Shown piece by piece: positions 24,480 through 38,160 of a stretch of 64,000 nt of DNA. The stretch comes from Sphagnum compactum (taxonomy: Eukaryota), in assembly GCA_965153455.1 (NCBI GenBank), contig OZ234493.1:14312213-14376212 (forward strand). Reading direction: 5' to 3'. Numbering within the stretch: position 1 is the first letter of the stretch; the number at the start of each line of letters is the position of its first letter. Position numbers and translations under genes: made by a program. Under the pieces are notes generated by a model. The model had not been told where the DNA came from, searched no databases, and saw nothing but the letters and a program-made list of their open reading frames with translations.

Positions 24480-26870
24480 TTATTGACCAAATTTGGATAA
24501 TAATTGGAGGTATTAACTAACTTGGGATCTGCACTGCTTCATTTTACCAACAACGATGAATTGTTTTTTAATGAGAACTAACAAAGAGAGAAGTTTCATC
24601 TTATGATGTTAATATATTTTTTTGATTTCACATACCACACATATTCAGTTGATTCAAGAAAAACATTTGCCCAAGACAACAATGTGGAAGTTTGAGGCAA
24701 ACCTTTTATGTTGATTCTAGGGTTAAAGTGATAACACCACTTTTGCTAATGCAGTCAAAGTTATACCAAACTCCTCCATTTGTCATCTCAGAAATCACCT
24801 AATCCAAAAAACTCAATTGATGTTATAATTGCTTCCAAACAAATTGTTTGGCACAAGAAGAAAGAGGTTAGTGGGTCATATGGTGTAGAAATCAAAGGAT
24901 GTTTTTCTTTATATCTATTGTTCCTCCAATAGTACCTCACGAACATGCTTGTTAATTTCCTTTGAATTTATAGTGTTTATTAGACCAAATTCTTTCGGTG
25001 CAACCCCCACATACACATGCCAATAATTTCCCACATTCATATTCAGTTGAAGGTATGGTATACATAAAATTAAAAGCTGCATATAATCAACTTTCAATGC
25101 ACTAGGATTTATATCACATGTTAATTACAGAGAAACTCAAACATACCCAATTCTAATTTTTCAGTTATTATGTCAATTCCAATGATGCAAGATGTCATGC
25201 TAGGTGTCATTCATCAAAATCATTGTGAAGAGGAAAAAAACACTATAGGATGTGTGCATAAACGCATATAGAAAATAACGCCATGAGGAGAAAGCAACCA
25301 ACCTTGCAAGAACTTAGGAAGTGTAATTGCAGAAAGAAAGAAAATTGTGAATGCAAAAATCCTGGTGGATTAATAATTGATGATATAGGCAAGGATGGAT
25401 ATAGCCAATCCAATTGTTCTCAATCCAAAAACTACAGCAGTTGATCCAAATCTAACTTTTGTAATTTTCCATGCAAACCCAATTTTTGAACCATAAGCAA
25501 AAATCTATTAAAAAATATATCCTTCATATTTGGGACCAAAGACCAAAGTTGAGGTGTAATGGAGAACAGAGAAGCATATACTTGATATAATTTTCTTGGG
25601 CTATGCTTGGTGAGGTAGTCAAAGATGTAAAATAGAATATCTGATGTTCATTTTTTAAGAATCAAATTCCTTAGATCAGATTAGCTAAATATGGACATGC
25701 ACATCTATTACGAATGTACGCACACAAAAGGTGCAAATGCAAGACTATTGACATCGTCAATGTTGTGTTATGGATTTTTAGGACCATGAAAAACTCCATA
25801 GAAATGAGATATGAGACCTTAAAAGGGTGATTTGTAAAGATCATGCACATCAACAAAAAGCCATTGTATGAAACCATCATCACAGTGAGAAATGGAGCAC
25901 CATATATTTCTCTCACTTGTGGCAACACCACATCCCTGGAGACAGATTTTGTCAAGAGGAGATTTAAGGTTCACTTTGGCACAAGAGGCCTCATCCACCA
26001 CACTATATTGGCTAAAGGTGGAAATACCAAAGAAGTGGTAAATGGGCTTCCCATCCAATGTGGTGAATCTTATTTTCTTGTTTGATAACATCACCCTAAA
26101 ATCAAAGTTGTGCAGTAATACATCACAACAATTGTTCTTCCCTTGTTTGTAATGGAAACATTTCCCACAAATTGTTAGGCAGGTTGGAATCACATGATCT
26201 TTTGGTTGTACACTTATCGCACCTTCTCCAACACTCCTAGAAATTTTGCAGATTATAGAAAATGTTCAAAATGTTAAGGTTTTTTTGGCAATCCTCTCAA
26301 CCAACATTAGAAAACTTGCATGTAAAGAGATGTTCTATGAGCTACTGCTGTTGCTTTACGCACTACTTATACATCCAAAACTCCCAAAAGCCTTGATAAT
26401 ACTCAGAGTAGCAAATGTTGTCAAATTAGAGATTTTTAAGGTATAAGAACATTATACTAAAATAGTCTTTCTAATTTGAACAATTTAGTTGTTGAAATTG
26501 TAGACTTTGTTGACAACATTTGGAAGAAAAACTTACCCAACAGCTTCATGCCCCATAATGTGAAGGAAAATGTAGTCCTTGTCCTGAACATGTTATTTAC
26601 AAAAAAATTCAATCACCATTGATAAGGAAGAAATGGCACACTTGTTGAAGGAAGAACACCATGTGATGTAATGGGTTTAGTTTTCTCACAAACTTTTATA
26701 CCAAACTACAATGTCTCCCATTTGATTTCTCACAGGGTTCCCTCTTTTGATGATCAGATGAACGAGAGGATTGCCTACCTTGCAAGCAAGTAAATAGAGA
26801 TCACTTTGGTAGATGGAAGAGTGATTAATCTTGACACTAGCTCATATATTTGCATAAGGTTCATGAAATA
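24480..26870 (-). pseudogene. ADH: Zinc-dependent alcohol dehydrogenase (ADH / class III-like) pseudogene with introns
   Basis: Ordered exon remnants: ~26860-26779 (SVKINHSSIYQSD), 26583-26537 (IMGHEAVG), 26236-25917 (SVGEG..DHVIP..RFTTLDGKPIYHFFGISTFSQYSVV..PLDKICLQGCGVAT), ~25487-25395 (AWKITKVRFGSTAVV), ~25200-25147 (IIGIDI), ~24997-24936 (KEFGLINTINSK), 24798-24703 (VISEMTNGGVWYNFDCI...ST*K). It has an in-frame stop, frameshifts and Zn-ligand Cys-to-Tyr changes. Confidence 0.9.
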
Positions 26871-27449
26871 AATACTTTGACAACAACAAAAAGGGGGCCC
26901 ATTTCCAAGGGGTGTCCTCAACGCAGCTTGGTGAATCTAATCATGACCCAAATATATCCACCTTGCTTAAAACTTGAAACATGGTTAATAAAAAATAAAG
27001 GAGGTGTTCTTCACAATTTTATAATCCCCAAAAATTCATTGAAAAAAAACACTAATCTTGGAAAATTCTTAAGAAAACAAACCTAGGCAATACTACTAGA
27101 TACCATAGGTTCCTCTTCAAAGTCATCAAACATGTTTTCAATTGGAACCCTAAATGCCTTCTCCATAATCTATTTAATTTTTACATAGTTGTGTCTAGGA
27201 GCTTGCCACCCACAAACATTGTAAGCAAATTACAAAACCTTGAATCCTGGAAATTTAATTACATGTGCCAAGTGGGGTAAGATGTTCATTACAAGGAAAT
27301 GCAAGATTCTCACTATTGCTTCATTCCCTATGAGAAGTTTTTCAACACATGAAGACAATGGCCTTTCATGAACCTTTACTTCAGTCATTGTGCTTGAAGG
27401 GTCATTAAACTCTCCTACGTCAAATGCAACTTTTGATCTTTGTCAATAA

Positions 27450-28620
27450 ACTAATGTTCTGCTTCTAGTGTTGCAACCATCAAGGTTTCATTCTTTGTTT
27501 CCCACTTGCCAAGTACTTATGCAACAAGCTCCTTTGATTCCAGTTTCCACCACCTTTTTCACTTTTGTCAAGAATTGGCTCTAAGATGCACCTGCACACA
27601 TTTGCAATGCTACCAGATGTGCCTTTAGTTCAATTTCATGACTATTCCATTCTTACTGCACCACAAACTTTTCGACTTTGGTTCTTTCTAATTATAGTTT
27701 GTGCTTTAGGGTTTGTACTTGCAACACTAGGGTTTAGTTATGATCAAGCTCATGTTACAAACTCAAAATTAGGCCATCTTTCTCAAGGATTTCTCCATGG
27801 CTATTATGAAGCTGCACTCTCAACATGCCTTCTTGAAAACCGTTATTCTGTGCTTTGTCATGAAGCTATCACAACATTATTGATAACACAATGGATTTTT
27901 TTTCAATGCATTTGCAACATTTGCCACAAATTCATCAAGCGCTTCCTTTTGTAAAGCTAGTTCTTTTTGTGGGTGAAGCTCACTTTGCAAAGAGTCTTGT
28001 TCTTATGTCATTTCAATGTTATTTTCCAGTTCCTTTTACAAGCTCATTACCAAGGTGTCCTTTGATTAGAGCTCCCCAACATTGATAGCTTTTAGATCTA
28101 CCCTCATTATCTCCTTAGACTTACATTGCATTTATGCTTTTGTGCACAACCACCACCCCATGATCGATAATGCTGCAAAGTTCTTTTCAAGTTTCTCTAA
28201 CACTTTTCATCAGCAGCAACCACCTCACCTTGAAGGTGTGTCAACCTAACATGATTGTTTCCCATTGCCTTTGGAGAGCTACTACTTTGAATTCCCCATC
28301 TTTTTCCTTTGCAAGTGTTTCATACTTCATAGCCCATTCCTCATTTTTTTTGTAATTGCCATCAATGCCAGCTTCATGTTTTTAAGCTTTTGCACAAGAT
28401 GTGTAACATTATAGTTTGTTGCCACTACTTCTCTCTTCAAATTAGTAGCAACCTCATTTTTTTGTTCCAATGTTCTTGCATATTCCATTCGCAAACTCTC
28501 CAACTCATTGACGACAAATCTTTTATGAACTTCCAAACTTTGAACAATAAATTCAAATGAAACACCCATTCTTTTTGTAGAGCAATTTTTAGTGCCTCCA
28601 ACTCTTGTTCTTGCTATTGT
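27450..28620 (-). pseudogene. Decayed coiled-coil protein gene fragment (family not established)
   Basis: Broken E/K/L-rich heptad-like frames such as NELESLRMEYARTLEQKNEVATNLKRE and QKELALQKEALDEF, interrupted by many stops. Confidence 0.35.
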
Positions 28621-29449
28621 TGCACATTACTGCAATGGTGCTTACATAAGCAAAGGCGGGACAAAGAAGAACAAAAAAAAGGAAAAAAAATAATTGCCCA
28701 AATTTTCGTCATTTCGACGGATAATTGTCAAACCCAAGATGGAATATTGGCTTGCAAATTGAACTCTATTCGGGTTTAGACCTTTAACCAATGTTGGGAA
28801 GATGTATTTGGAAATACACATTGGATCCAGATATGCATTATGTTTTTTTCCTAACATATAAATTGAATAGGTTTTTAATTTTTTTCCCCTTCAAGTATCC
28901 TTTTGATATGAATCATGATACATGAGAAAGTAATTTTTGAACCTTAGAGAGAGAGATTTAAGGCCAATTTCCATGTGGCCCACCAAATCACTAAATCCAA
29001 GACCACCCACTAAGGTCCAAGTCATTACCAACTTCTCAACTCCACCTTTACAATTAAGCTTTGAGTTTTGAAAAAAAATTTGAATTATCTACTTCAAGCT
29101 TTACATTACACTTAAAATTGCACTTGGAATAAAATGAAACTTTTTTCTTGTGGGACAATTACATTTATCAAAACATACTTTGACTATTGGGTGGTTTTCA
29201 AGCATGATGCTATCATACATTTCTAGGTTTGACAATAATTAAATTATTTTTTGAAATGCTGGATTTTCTAGAAATTATCTATTTGAAATGTCAAAATTTA
29301 AGGAGATTATTATTGTTGGATGTTGAAATAAAAAAAATTGGACCAATTTTTGTGGCACCTAAATTCACCACACCTCTAATTGGTTTTCTCCTCCTCAACA
29401 ATGATTAAGGTTTGGGGTTGTAAATGTGATGTCTTGCATGTAGTAGTTA

Positions 29450-32290
29450 AATTGAAGAAGAAATTCATTGCAGGAGAGTTTGAGAAATGGGCTATCTAAA
29501 GACAAAAATTGAGAAGAGTGTTACAGGGATTTCATGAACATGACTATTGAAACAAGGTTCAATAGTGTTATTATGGAAATCAAACAAAAGAATAAGAGTT
29601 GGAAATGTAAGTTTTTCAAGTGGAGACAAATAAATCCATGTTTAAGATAGAGATGAAGATTAAGTAAATAAATTTGAGTTAGAATTGATAAAATTGAGAG
29701 ATAAATTTTAAAAAGAACAAAAAGGCCATGCACGCATAATAATATGAATGTTTTTCCAAAGCATACAACAAGGATATTTTGGGCATTTCTTTTTCAATGC
29801 TTACGTAAGATAGGTTTCCTAGATGAATTTGTTAGCATGACATAGCTTTTATTTGCTAAGACAAAAGTTGCAATAAACCTTAAATGGGACTACCACAAGA
29901 TTCTTGCCCCTCTTTTGTGGTGTTAGGCAAAGGTGCCCTTGGGCACCCTATTTGTTTTTGGTGATAGGTGAGGCACCCAATCAAGTTGTTAAAGCTCATG
30001 TGATGAGTGGAAATAATGTTGGTATTTCCCTTCTTTCATGCTCAAGAAACGACCACTTGATTTTATATGATGTAGACAACACTTCATTCACAATCAAGGG
30101 AAAGAGGAATCATGTGGAAAATCTAGTGGCATTTTTAAGGATTTTTGGAATGGCATTAGATGTAGAAATTAAGCCAAAGAAAACACATCATATTATTTTG
30201 GGGTAGATCAAGAAAGGCAAATTGATTGCACAACTTTCAGTGGAAATGGGCTTGGGAAAAAATATATCCAAGTTGCTTGGTACACCTTTTGGTTTAGGTT
30301 TGGAGGTTGATGATATGGATAGATTATTTTTTCTTGACAAATTTTTAAAAAAGTTGGTTTATTGGTGTTTCACCCACCTTTTTTTGGTGAAAAATACATT
30401 AATTGTTAATCGAATGTTTTTTTTGTATAGGACAAGGGTTTATCAATAGACCATTTTTATACATAAAACATCATTGTGATAATGACATTGTAGAGGGACA
30501 TTGCTACAGTGACATGGATAATGAAAAAGGACATTTGGTGGGTAACTTCCACCTAGTGGAAGTTGTTTTGATAAGTTGGAGAGTACATTTTGGATTATGT
30601 AAGAGATTGTTCTTACAACATCATCGAACATGATTTCTTCAACTCAATCCAAAATATACAAAGGAAAAAATGTGGTGGTTCATTATGTCATTGTGGTATT
30701 TCATTTCAATATGGGGTGGATCTAAGAAGATTACCCAACAGATTTGAACCTTGATATGCAATTGTCTTTGGCCAAACAGAAAGTACAACAATTTGCAATA
30801 CGGTAAGATGGGGAGATTGTCGTGCGAGGAAGTTTTTTTGAGGTGTGGGAGTAGTAGATCATGAGGAACCTTGGAGACTCTTTAATTAAATGGGTGTTGT
30901 ATGCCTTACAATTTGGTTCTTCAAACTTGCAAATTCTACTTCGCTATCACATCAATGCATTCAAGTTAAATAACAAAAGAAAATGGGGTTTCAAATTGAA
31001 TTGGGCTTTGTGTCATTGTAAGTACATTGTAACACATATGGAACAAGGTTTTCAAAACATGGAAATTACTTGTGTAAACAATGAAAACTTATCCACTTGT
31101 CTTAAGAGGATCTATTGAATAGGAAATTTGATGGTCATTGAAATTTGAATGGGGCAAGTTTGGGTTGTCTAAATAAAAAATGAGTGTTCAATTTTATAGT
31201 AGAAGGCTCATGAAGCCTAGTTCAATTGTTCACAAAAAATCATCACTATAACAAAAAATGTCCTTGTACGTCAAATGATTTTACTGGATTATGGGTGAGT
31301 TCATCGGTTATAATGAACAAAACCTAATGGGGAAGCGGTGAATTCATTGGTTTAGTGAACGTGAACTAGTCAGATACACCCACATTTTGTAATAGTGCAT
31401 GCATAATTTTGTCAAGAGTAGAAGTTGATAAGAAGTTTGGGCTCAAACTAGAGAAGTGCCATGTTTGGGCAAGAATGTTGAACCAATTCAACCTGAGCAC
31501 ACATAATGGAACTTAGGTAGCCACACATGAGGTAATTGAAGGCAATTGGGTGGGATCCTTTATGCAAGAAGAAGACTTAGATCCATGCTTGGTGGTACAA
31601 GCTTAAGGAGCTTTTAAACCAATAACTTCATGTAGTTCAATGCTTCATTCAATTCCTCAAGGAATTATTAGCATGTTCTTCATAGCTTCCCATTAGTGGT
31701 CTCTTCAGCAAGGTTTTAATCAAGTAATAAGATATGCATTTGTGAAATTCACAAAGGCCAAAGGAAGTTGCCAATGTAGGTTTATTATGCCAAAGGGGGC
31801 AAAAATCTCATTTGACCCCTTGCTTGGTCATGAGAGGATGGCATTGAGTTACTTAAATACACAATTGTGCTTGGGAGGAAATTGCATAGTAATAATAAAC
31901 AAGCCTTCTCAAAATCAGTTGAAGACAAATAACAATACATGTTTCGCATTCAAAGGTTTGACAAGAAGAGAGAACCAAGAAGAAAGCAACCTTCATGTGA
32001 TGGGTGTAAAAGTTAACACTTGGAGAGCAAAGAAAAAATCAACTCTTAAAAACTCATTGCCCATTTTGCACCCATGGTACACAACTAATTAAGAAATACA
32101 TGGATTTTGGGAGTGCCCACAAGCACAAAAAGACTTGGAGTTGGGCTACCAACATTGTCAATACAAGAACCATTGGAAGATCTTATCTGTTGAACAATGT
32201 CTTGTTTGGGGACAGACTTAAAGGTTGCCTCGGGCAATTCAATTCTATATGGCATTTGCTTAGAGGCATTGCACTCTTTGGAGGATGATT
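29450..32290 (+). mobile_element. Highly degenerate LINE ORF2 (reverse transcriptase and C-terminal region)
   Basis: RT remnants KAYNK (~29760), FLFQCLRKIGF, GVRQRCPWAPYLFLVIGEA, ILYDVDNTSF (YADD-derived), SKLLGTPFG and a late WHLLRGIAL, with numerous disruptions. Confidence 0.8.
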
Positions 32291-32954
32291 AGAAGTCGAC
32301 TGACTCATCATGAAAATTCCAAATTGAGTCTCCTTGGAATACTGAGTACGAAGTCCAGTTTCACTTACATATACACGGCTGTGGATTATCTAAATAATAT
32401 GTTGTACAAACGATAAATATTGACCACCTGACTAAGAATTTCAACTTATTTATGATCTTTTTGAAAGTGCAATGCATATTTTCTTTGAAAAATCACAAAA
32501 AACTGTACTTGTTTGCTCAGACAATGTAAAACTGCATTTAAGAAACTTTGCAGCCAGGTTTCAAATGTGATTCTCCAATATGAGAAATAGCAAAAGACCA
32601 ACAACAGTTAGTACTGGCATCCTCAATTGTTGATAATGTCACTGCCTTCCTTCCGGCCTTTTCAAAATTGAGTTAGTAATGTGGGGTTTTCTCTTTTTCC
32701 TGTGGCTTTCTTTTCATGTAGAGCACCAGCAGAAATTTTTTAGTGTATCTGGAAGGCACATTAGAGTTATTTGGAAAGTCACCCTGTCTTCACCCTCTCT
32801 TTGGGCCTGCTTTCACCCCCTATCACCTCTTTCAGTGGCATCCACAAAGTAAGGAAATTTTATTAGATCTCGGTATGAAATGCTGAAACTCAGCATTTAA
32901 TGCACAAGGTTTGAGAGTAATTGTACAGGTAGGAGCAGCAAAAATACATGTAAC

Positions 32955-34795
32955 AATAGTGGAGGCACTCAAGAAAAAGGAAAGACATCATGAAACTCAG
33001 TTTACTACCAAAATTGGTGGAACAACTAGTTTGGGTCCCAGTTATTTTGTTTTGTAAAAGTTTCATTCCCCGTTATGTGTATGATGGCCTATTATGCCCA
33101 AACTGACCATTCTCACCCCCTAGTCATGAAACTTTATTGATAACTGTATTATTAAGCAGAAATTTTTCTCAGCAAAATGGGTGGGTGTTTCATTTTTCAA
33201 ATTGCCCAACCTCTTCTTTTCATTTTTCTTCCCATGATACAAAAATAATTTTTTTTTCTTTTTTTTCCCCCTGCCAGTGCTTTATGTCAGGTAATGCCCA
33301 AGGAGCTGGCCAGTCCTAAAATAAGCACCCCCTTGGACAAGTGCTTACTTCCAGAATGCCCCCCACTAATGGGCCATTATCCTACTCTTTGGTGACATGG
33401 TGAATGACTTGTCAGTTGTGATGTCAAGATGAATGACATCATTGTTGAGAGAGCTTAGAAATTAGGGTGAGGCAATTTTTTGCATAGATCATAAAAAAAA
33501 AGGAAACAATTTTCTTGTTGTTTTTTCAGTGCACTAAATATTGCAATGAATTTTGGTCAGTCTTCTGTCCCTCTGTCCCCTTCTTTTGAAAAATAAAAAG
33601 TAAATTCACTGGAACAACATTAAACATCCAAAGTGGGTCTTCTCAGAATCTCTGTTTCTTTCCTTCCCTTTGGAATGATGACACAACACAAAGGGGGCCA
33701 GTTGCCTTTATATCACAAGTTCACAAATTTGTAATGGCAGTGGCCAGGCACATCAATTTTGTCTATGTGGAGAAACAGCAATCATGGTGATTCTTAAGTC
33801 ATACTTGGAATGAAGCATTCTCTCTCTCTTTCTCTCTTCTTCAGCAAAGTCCATTTCTCAAGTAAAATTGGATTTTTTTTTGACATCATCTAGAGTGGCA
33901 TTCTGGTCTGAAACATGTGCATTACTTGCTCTCTGCAGTGGGGCAGTATTTTCAATCTGTCACATGCATATATTTATAGTGTAGTAAGCAAAACAAATTG
34001 CAAGTCTGTAATTAGTCATAAGTGACATCTGCTGTGATTTGATGATGTCTATTACAACAGTCCCATACAAGCTCTGCCTACAATTCAGCACAAACCATTT
34101 CAAATTCCACTCCTCAAACCCAATGACAACAACCCTTTTCCTTTAATGACACAGAAGTTCAGAACTCCAAATTCTGCAAATATTTTTGTTCAGAGTTCAG
34201 ACCAGTGTTGGCCAGTTATTGAATTCTTTCATAACCGCAGGGTAGCTCATTCTTTAATAATAAAGACATTGGGTGCCGATTAGGTTATCAATATAAATGT
34301 AGAAAATATTTGGGTGCCAGCCAACTAGGAAGGATGCTTACAAGCTGTTTTGCCGTTTTGAATGGTCTTTTGGAAATGGGTACCTGTATGTTTTTGCATG
34401 GTTCATAAGGACTTCATGAATGGTTATCTGAAAAGTGAATTACAAAAATGGTAACAATTATTCAGTTTTGTTCTTTTTTCCGAAACACAAGTTCATTATT
34501 TAGCCAATGTTGGGCCGAGGAAAAGCCTCTTCCAATGTTGTCAAATAGTCCTTTCTTGCTCTACAATTGTAGATATGGCTGGAAGTTATGCACAAACAAT
34601 GGAGTTATCCATAAAGTCACGCAATTAAGGGGCAAGAATGGCCAATTTCAGCATAATAGGGCATCAAACGTGTAATTGGGAATGAAAATTTTACAAAACC
34701 AAATAATTGGGACCCCAAACTAAATTTTCCACCAATTTTGGTGGTAAACTGAAATTCATCATATCTTTGCTTTATCTTGAGCGCCTCCACTGCTA
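32955..34795. repeat. Pair of ~200-bp inverted repeats (32955-33170 / 34575-34795) enclosing ~1.4 kb
   Basis: For example, CAGTTTACTACCAAAATTGGTGGAA (~32998) pairs with TTCCACCAATTTTGGTGGTAAACTG (~34727), and AGTGGAGGCACTCAAGA pairs with TCTTGAGCGCCTCCACT. Confidence 0.8.
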
Positions 34796-37496
34796 GGGTA
34801 GAACTGCCCATCATCGATCACTATCCTATTATCGAATGTTTATGTAGATCTTTGTCGTCTGTGCTTCATTTTGAGTGATTTAAAATGTTATGGGAGCGTT
34901 ACCTCAAGCTCTAGAAATCATCTTGGAAGTGCAAAGGAAAAAAAGTAATGAAAAAAAATAGCAAGGAGAAATATAAGCTTTTCACAAAACACTTTTTTTT
35001 TTCCAGCCTTTTGGATCCCTCCTACTTTCAGAGCTCAGAACTTTCTTATTTCTCCTTTGTTTTGAATGATTTAAAATGCTATAGAAGCACCACCTTCAGT
35101 TTCACAAATTATTTTGAAACTCTAATAGCAACAGAATAACATAAAAGGAAGTTCTTGAGTGTTTGGGAACTGGCTTTTTAGTGTTCTGTGGTTTGATTTT
35201 TTGAGTTCTGAACCCCCTTTACTTTGGGGGCTATAACTTTCTCAATTTTAATCAGTTTTTGAAGATTTTTAGTGTGTCAGATGCGTCGAGAGAAGAGGTT
35301 CAAGTTTTGTTTGGACAGCAGGAACAACAGAGCCCTCGCCTTGGACCCGGCCTGCCCTGAGCGCTTAAGTGTTAGCTCACCAACCATTCTACCCTACTAT
35401 GTATATTTTCACTGCTCTTACCTGTACAACTACTATAAGTACTCTCAAACCTTGTGCATTAATGCTAAGTTTCAGCATTTCATACTGAGATTTAATAAAA
35501 TTTCCTTACTTTGTGGATACCACTGAAAGAGGGAATACGGGGTTGAAAGGATAACTTGAATAAGCTGTAAATAAATTTATAATGAGTGGTTTGTTGCTAA
35601 AGCAACACAGAACTTCATCCATAAGGCGGCAAATATACAAAAGGACTTTTTAAAAAAAAGTCCTGCTATTTGCAATCCAGCGTAACAAGCATTTGAACCT
35701 GGGCTGGCTGGCTTGGTTGTTCCCTTTCCCTTGCTGCAATGAATCTCTTCATTGTTAACCAAAAAAAAAAAGTAGGAAGGATTTGAATAGAATTGAGTAC
35801 TGACAACTAATTAACTGGAAGGAATGCAACAAATTTAAAGCATATACATATCATGTGATTGTACTGTGCCTCCAGATGTCCATTGTAAAATGTATTACTA
35901 AAATAAAAAATTCTTCAAGGAGAAATAAGTTGCTAAAGATTTTGGATCTTAAAATATTAACCAATTAAGTGCAGTGTGTCTTGTTGTGTGCTAACACAAT
36001 CAAAATAAAAACAAGTCATACAAACGTCAGAATTTCCACAGAAATGTCACTTTTGAGTATCGAGCTTCAATTTCTATGATTATTACATGTAAGTTTGTAT
36101 TCTGCTTTTAAAAAACTTTACGAATGAAACCTGGCAGGCTCCGTTAAACAAAGCACCCAGCCAAGGGAGAAAGGAAGAACGAAGAGATAGGACCCAAGTC
36201 CAAGCCAAAAGAGCAAAACCCAAAGTGGGTCACAAAGGGGCAACAAAGGAACAAATTATGTTCATGGAAAGGCCTGCGGATAGGTGCCTTATCAGAATAT
36301 GTCGCTGCCCAATGCAACAGTTGAGGGCAGGTGTTGAATTCCGGTAAAGTCCTGGTCTGAGGGCCTTACTGCATATAATGACCATGACATGATTTCCAGT
36401 TCAAATCTAACAGCCATGATTCTCAAGTATCGGGCAAAGAAAAAGGGCAGGCCCTTACAAAACATAAAAGCTCGCACTGAAACACAAGATATGGTCCCTT
36501 TTTCGGGCAGCACATTATGCTATTTCAGGTGCTGGCAGACTACACTATGAAAATTCTGGCAGGTCATTACACATTTAAAAAATTTGTTCCAGAAACTGGG
36601 GTTTTCTTTTTCTTTTCTTTTTGGTTGTAAAGCTGTGTGAATGGTGGATGAGTGAAGACGATGAAACTAGTACAAAATTAGGGGGGTTCAAAAGTCGAAT
36701 ATGTCGTTCATATTATCAATGATTTGAACTCTAATTATGTTTTCGAGGGTGAAGATTTGAACACTCATGTTTTTGGTTTTGTGGCTAATCTCATGATTAT
36801 TTTGTCAATTCTTCCAACTCAACCCAACTTGGTCTTGTTGCTTATCTCACAATTATTTTCCCAGTAATTATTCCAAACTCAAATGCTTCAGCAATCTGAA
36901 CATCTACAATTCTAAAGGTTAAAGTCCGTTGCCATAAAGCAAACTGTCGAGGGTCCCCAGTGGTGCTCAGTATGTGACTCTACAAAAATATTTCTCACAT
37001 CCAAGTTTAATTTTTCACTTCAAAAAAATTTACTTTTTTCAAACCCCACCCATAAAACTAAAACTGGGACTGGAAGTAGGGTTTGAATCCTAAACCCTAA
37101 TAGCAACCCACCTGGATCGAATCAAACTATCTAGCCAATCAACAGCAGGTGTTTGGCTTTGCTGTGCTGTTCACCAGCCTCAACATCATGTGCAAAAATG
37201 CTATGCCAGATACTGAGAATGGCTGGAGCTGCTCTTGCTCCCACTTAAGTTACCAAGTCCTTTCACTCTAGGAGTTTTGAATCTGAATTGATGATGTAAT
37301 AATCGATCTGTTCATATGCAACCAAGTGGACAATTGTTTATTGTGCAAGGATAATCAAAATTTTGAAAGTCCCCCCCCCATTGTTGCACAGATATTGTCC
37401 AAATTCTCTCTTGATTTCTCAAAACCCGATGAGCTTCAAAGCCAGCTGCGAAAAGAGCATCATGCAATTGCAGATAGGTTGATCAACAATTCCCTG

Positions 37497-37498
<2 letters not shown>

Positions 37499-37527
<29 letters not shown>
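37499..37527. repeat. (CA)n microsatellite
   Basis: Directly visible. Confidence 0.95.
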
Positions 37528-37534
<7 letters not shown>

Positions 37535-37792
37535 GTTTTGCTTCTGAGTCCTTCCACATGCACAAGAAACAAGTGTGTGTCCTGTTCTTCTCCATCTTTT
37601 GTCCTTCAAAACATTCGATCGGGCATCCTCTTGTACAATTTTCCCCTACCTGAACCTGCATTCCTGCCATTTGATGGTCGATTGCAACTGCAAGTACTTT
37701 ATGGATAAAGTTTGGGTTTGGCAAGGTTTTGGGTTTTGCAGGGGGTGCTAGCTTTGCTTGAAGATAAAGACAATTTCTAGCTCAGGTGCCTG

Positions 37793-37794
<2 letters not shown>

Positions 37795-37835
<41 letters not shown>
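37795..37835. repeat. (GA)n microsatellite
   Basis: Directly visible. On the minus strand it is a pyrimidine tract ending TTGCAG. Confidence 0.95.
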
Positions 37836-37841
<6 letters not shown>

Positions 37842-38160
37842 TCTGAAGAAATTTTCGGGAAATTTTCAGGAGAATTTTTTTGAATGGAATCCAATCTGAA
37901 GAAATATTCTCTGGAGACAAATCTCATTTGAAAGGAATTCAATCTGAAGAAGTATTCTGCAGACAAATTTCTTTCAAATGGAATTCAATCTGCAGAAATG
38001 TTCTGGAGATGACGAAAGAAACAATTCTGGAGACCAAATTTCATTTGAGAATTCAATCTGAGTAAAAAGAAATTCTGAACACAAATTTCACACAGGAATT
38101 CAATCTTCTGGAGACAAATTTTGGAATGCGAATTCGATCTTTTTTCGAAAACAAAATCTT
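37836..38160. repeat. Degenerate ~40-bp tandem repeat (GAATTCAATCTG...TTCTGGAGACAAATTTC) immediately 3' of the IQD-like ORF
   Basis: GAATTCAATCT and TTCTGGAGAC recur about 6-7 times. Confidence 0.75.

Noticed and set aside
36948..37190. tRNA-derived SINE or tRNA gene
   Set aside because: Only a vague A-box-like stretch; no B box, cloverleaf, tail or TSD, and no second copy in the window.
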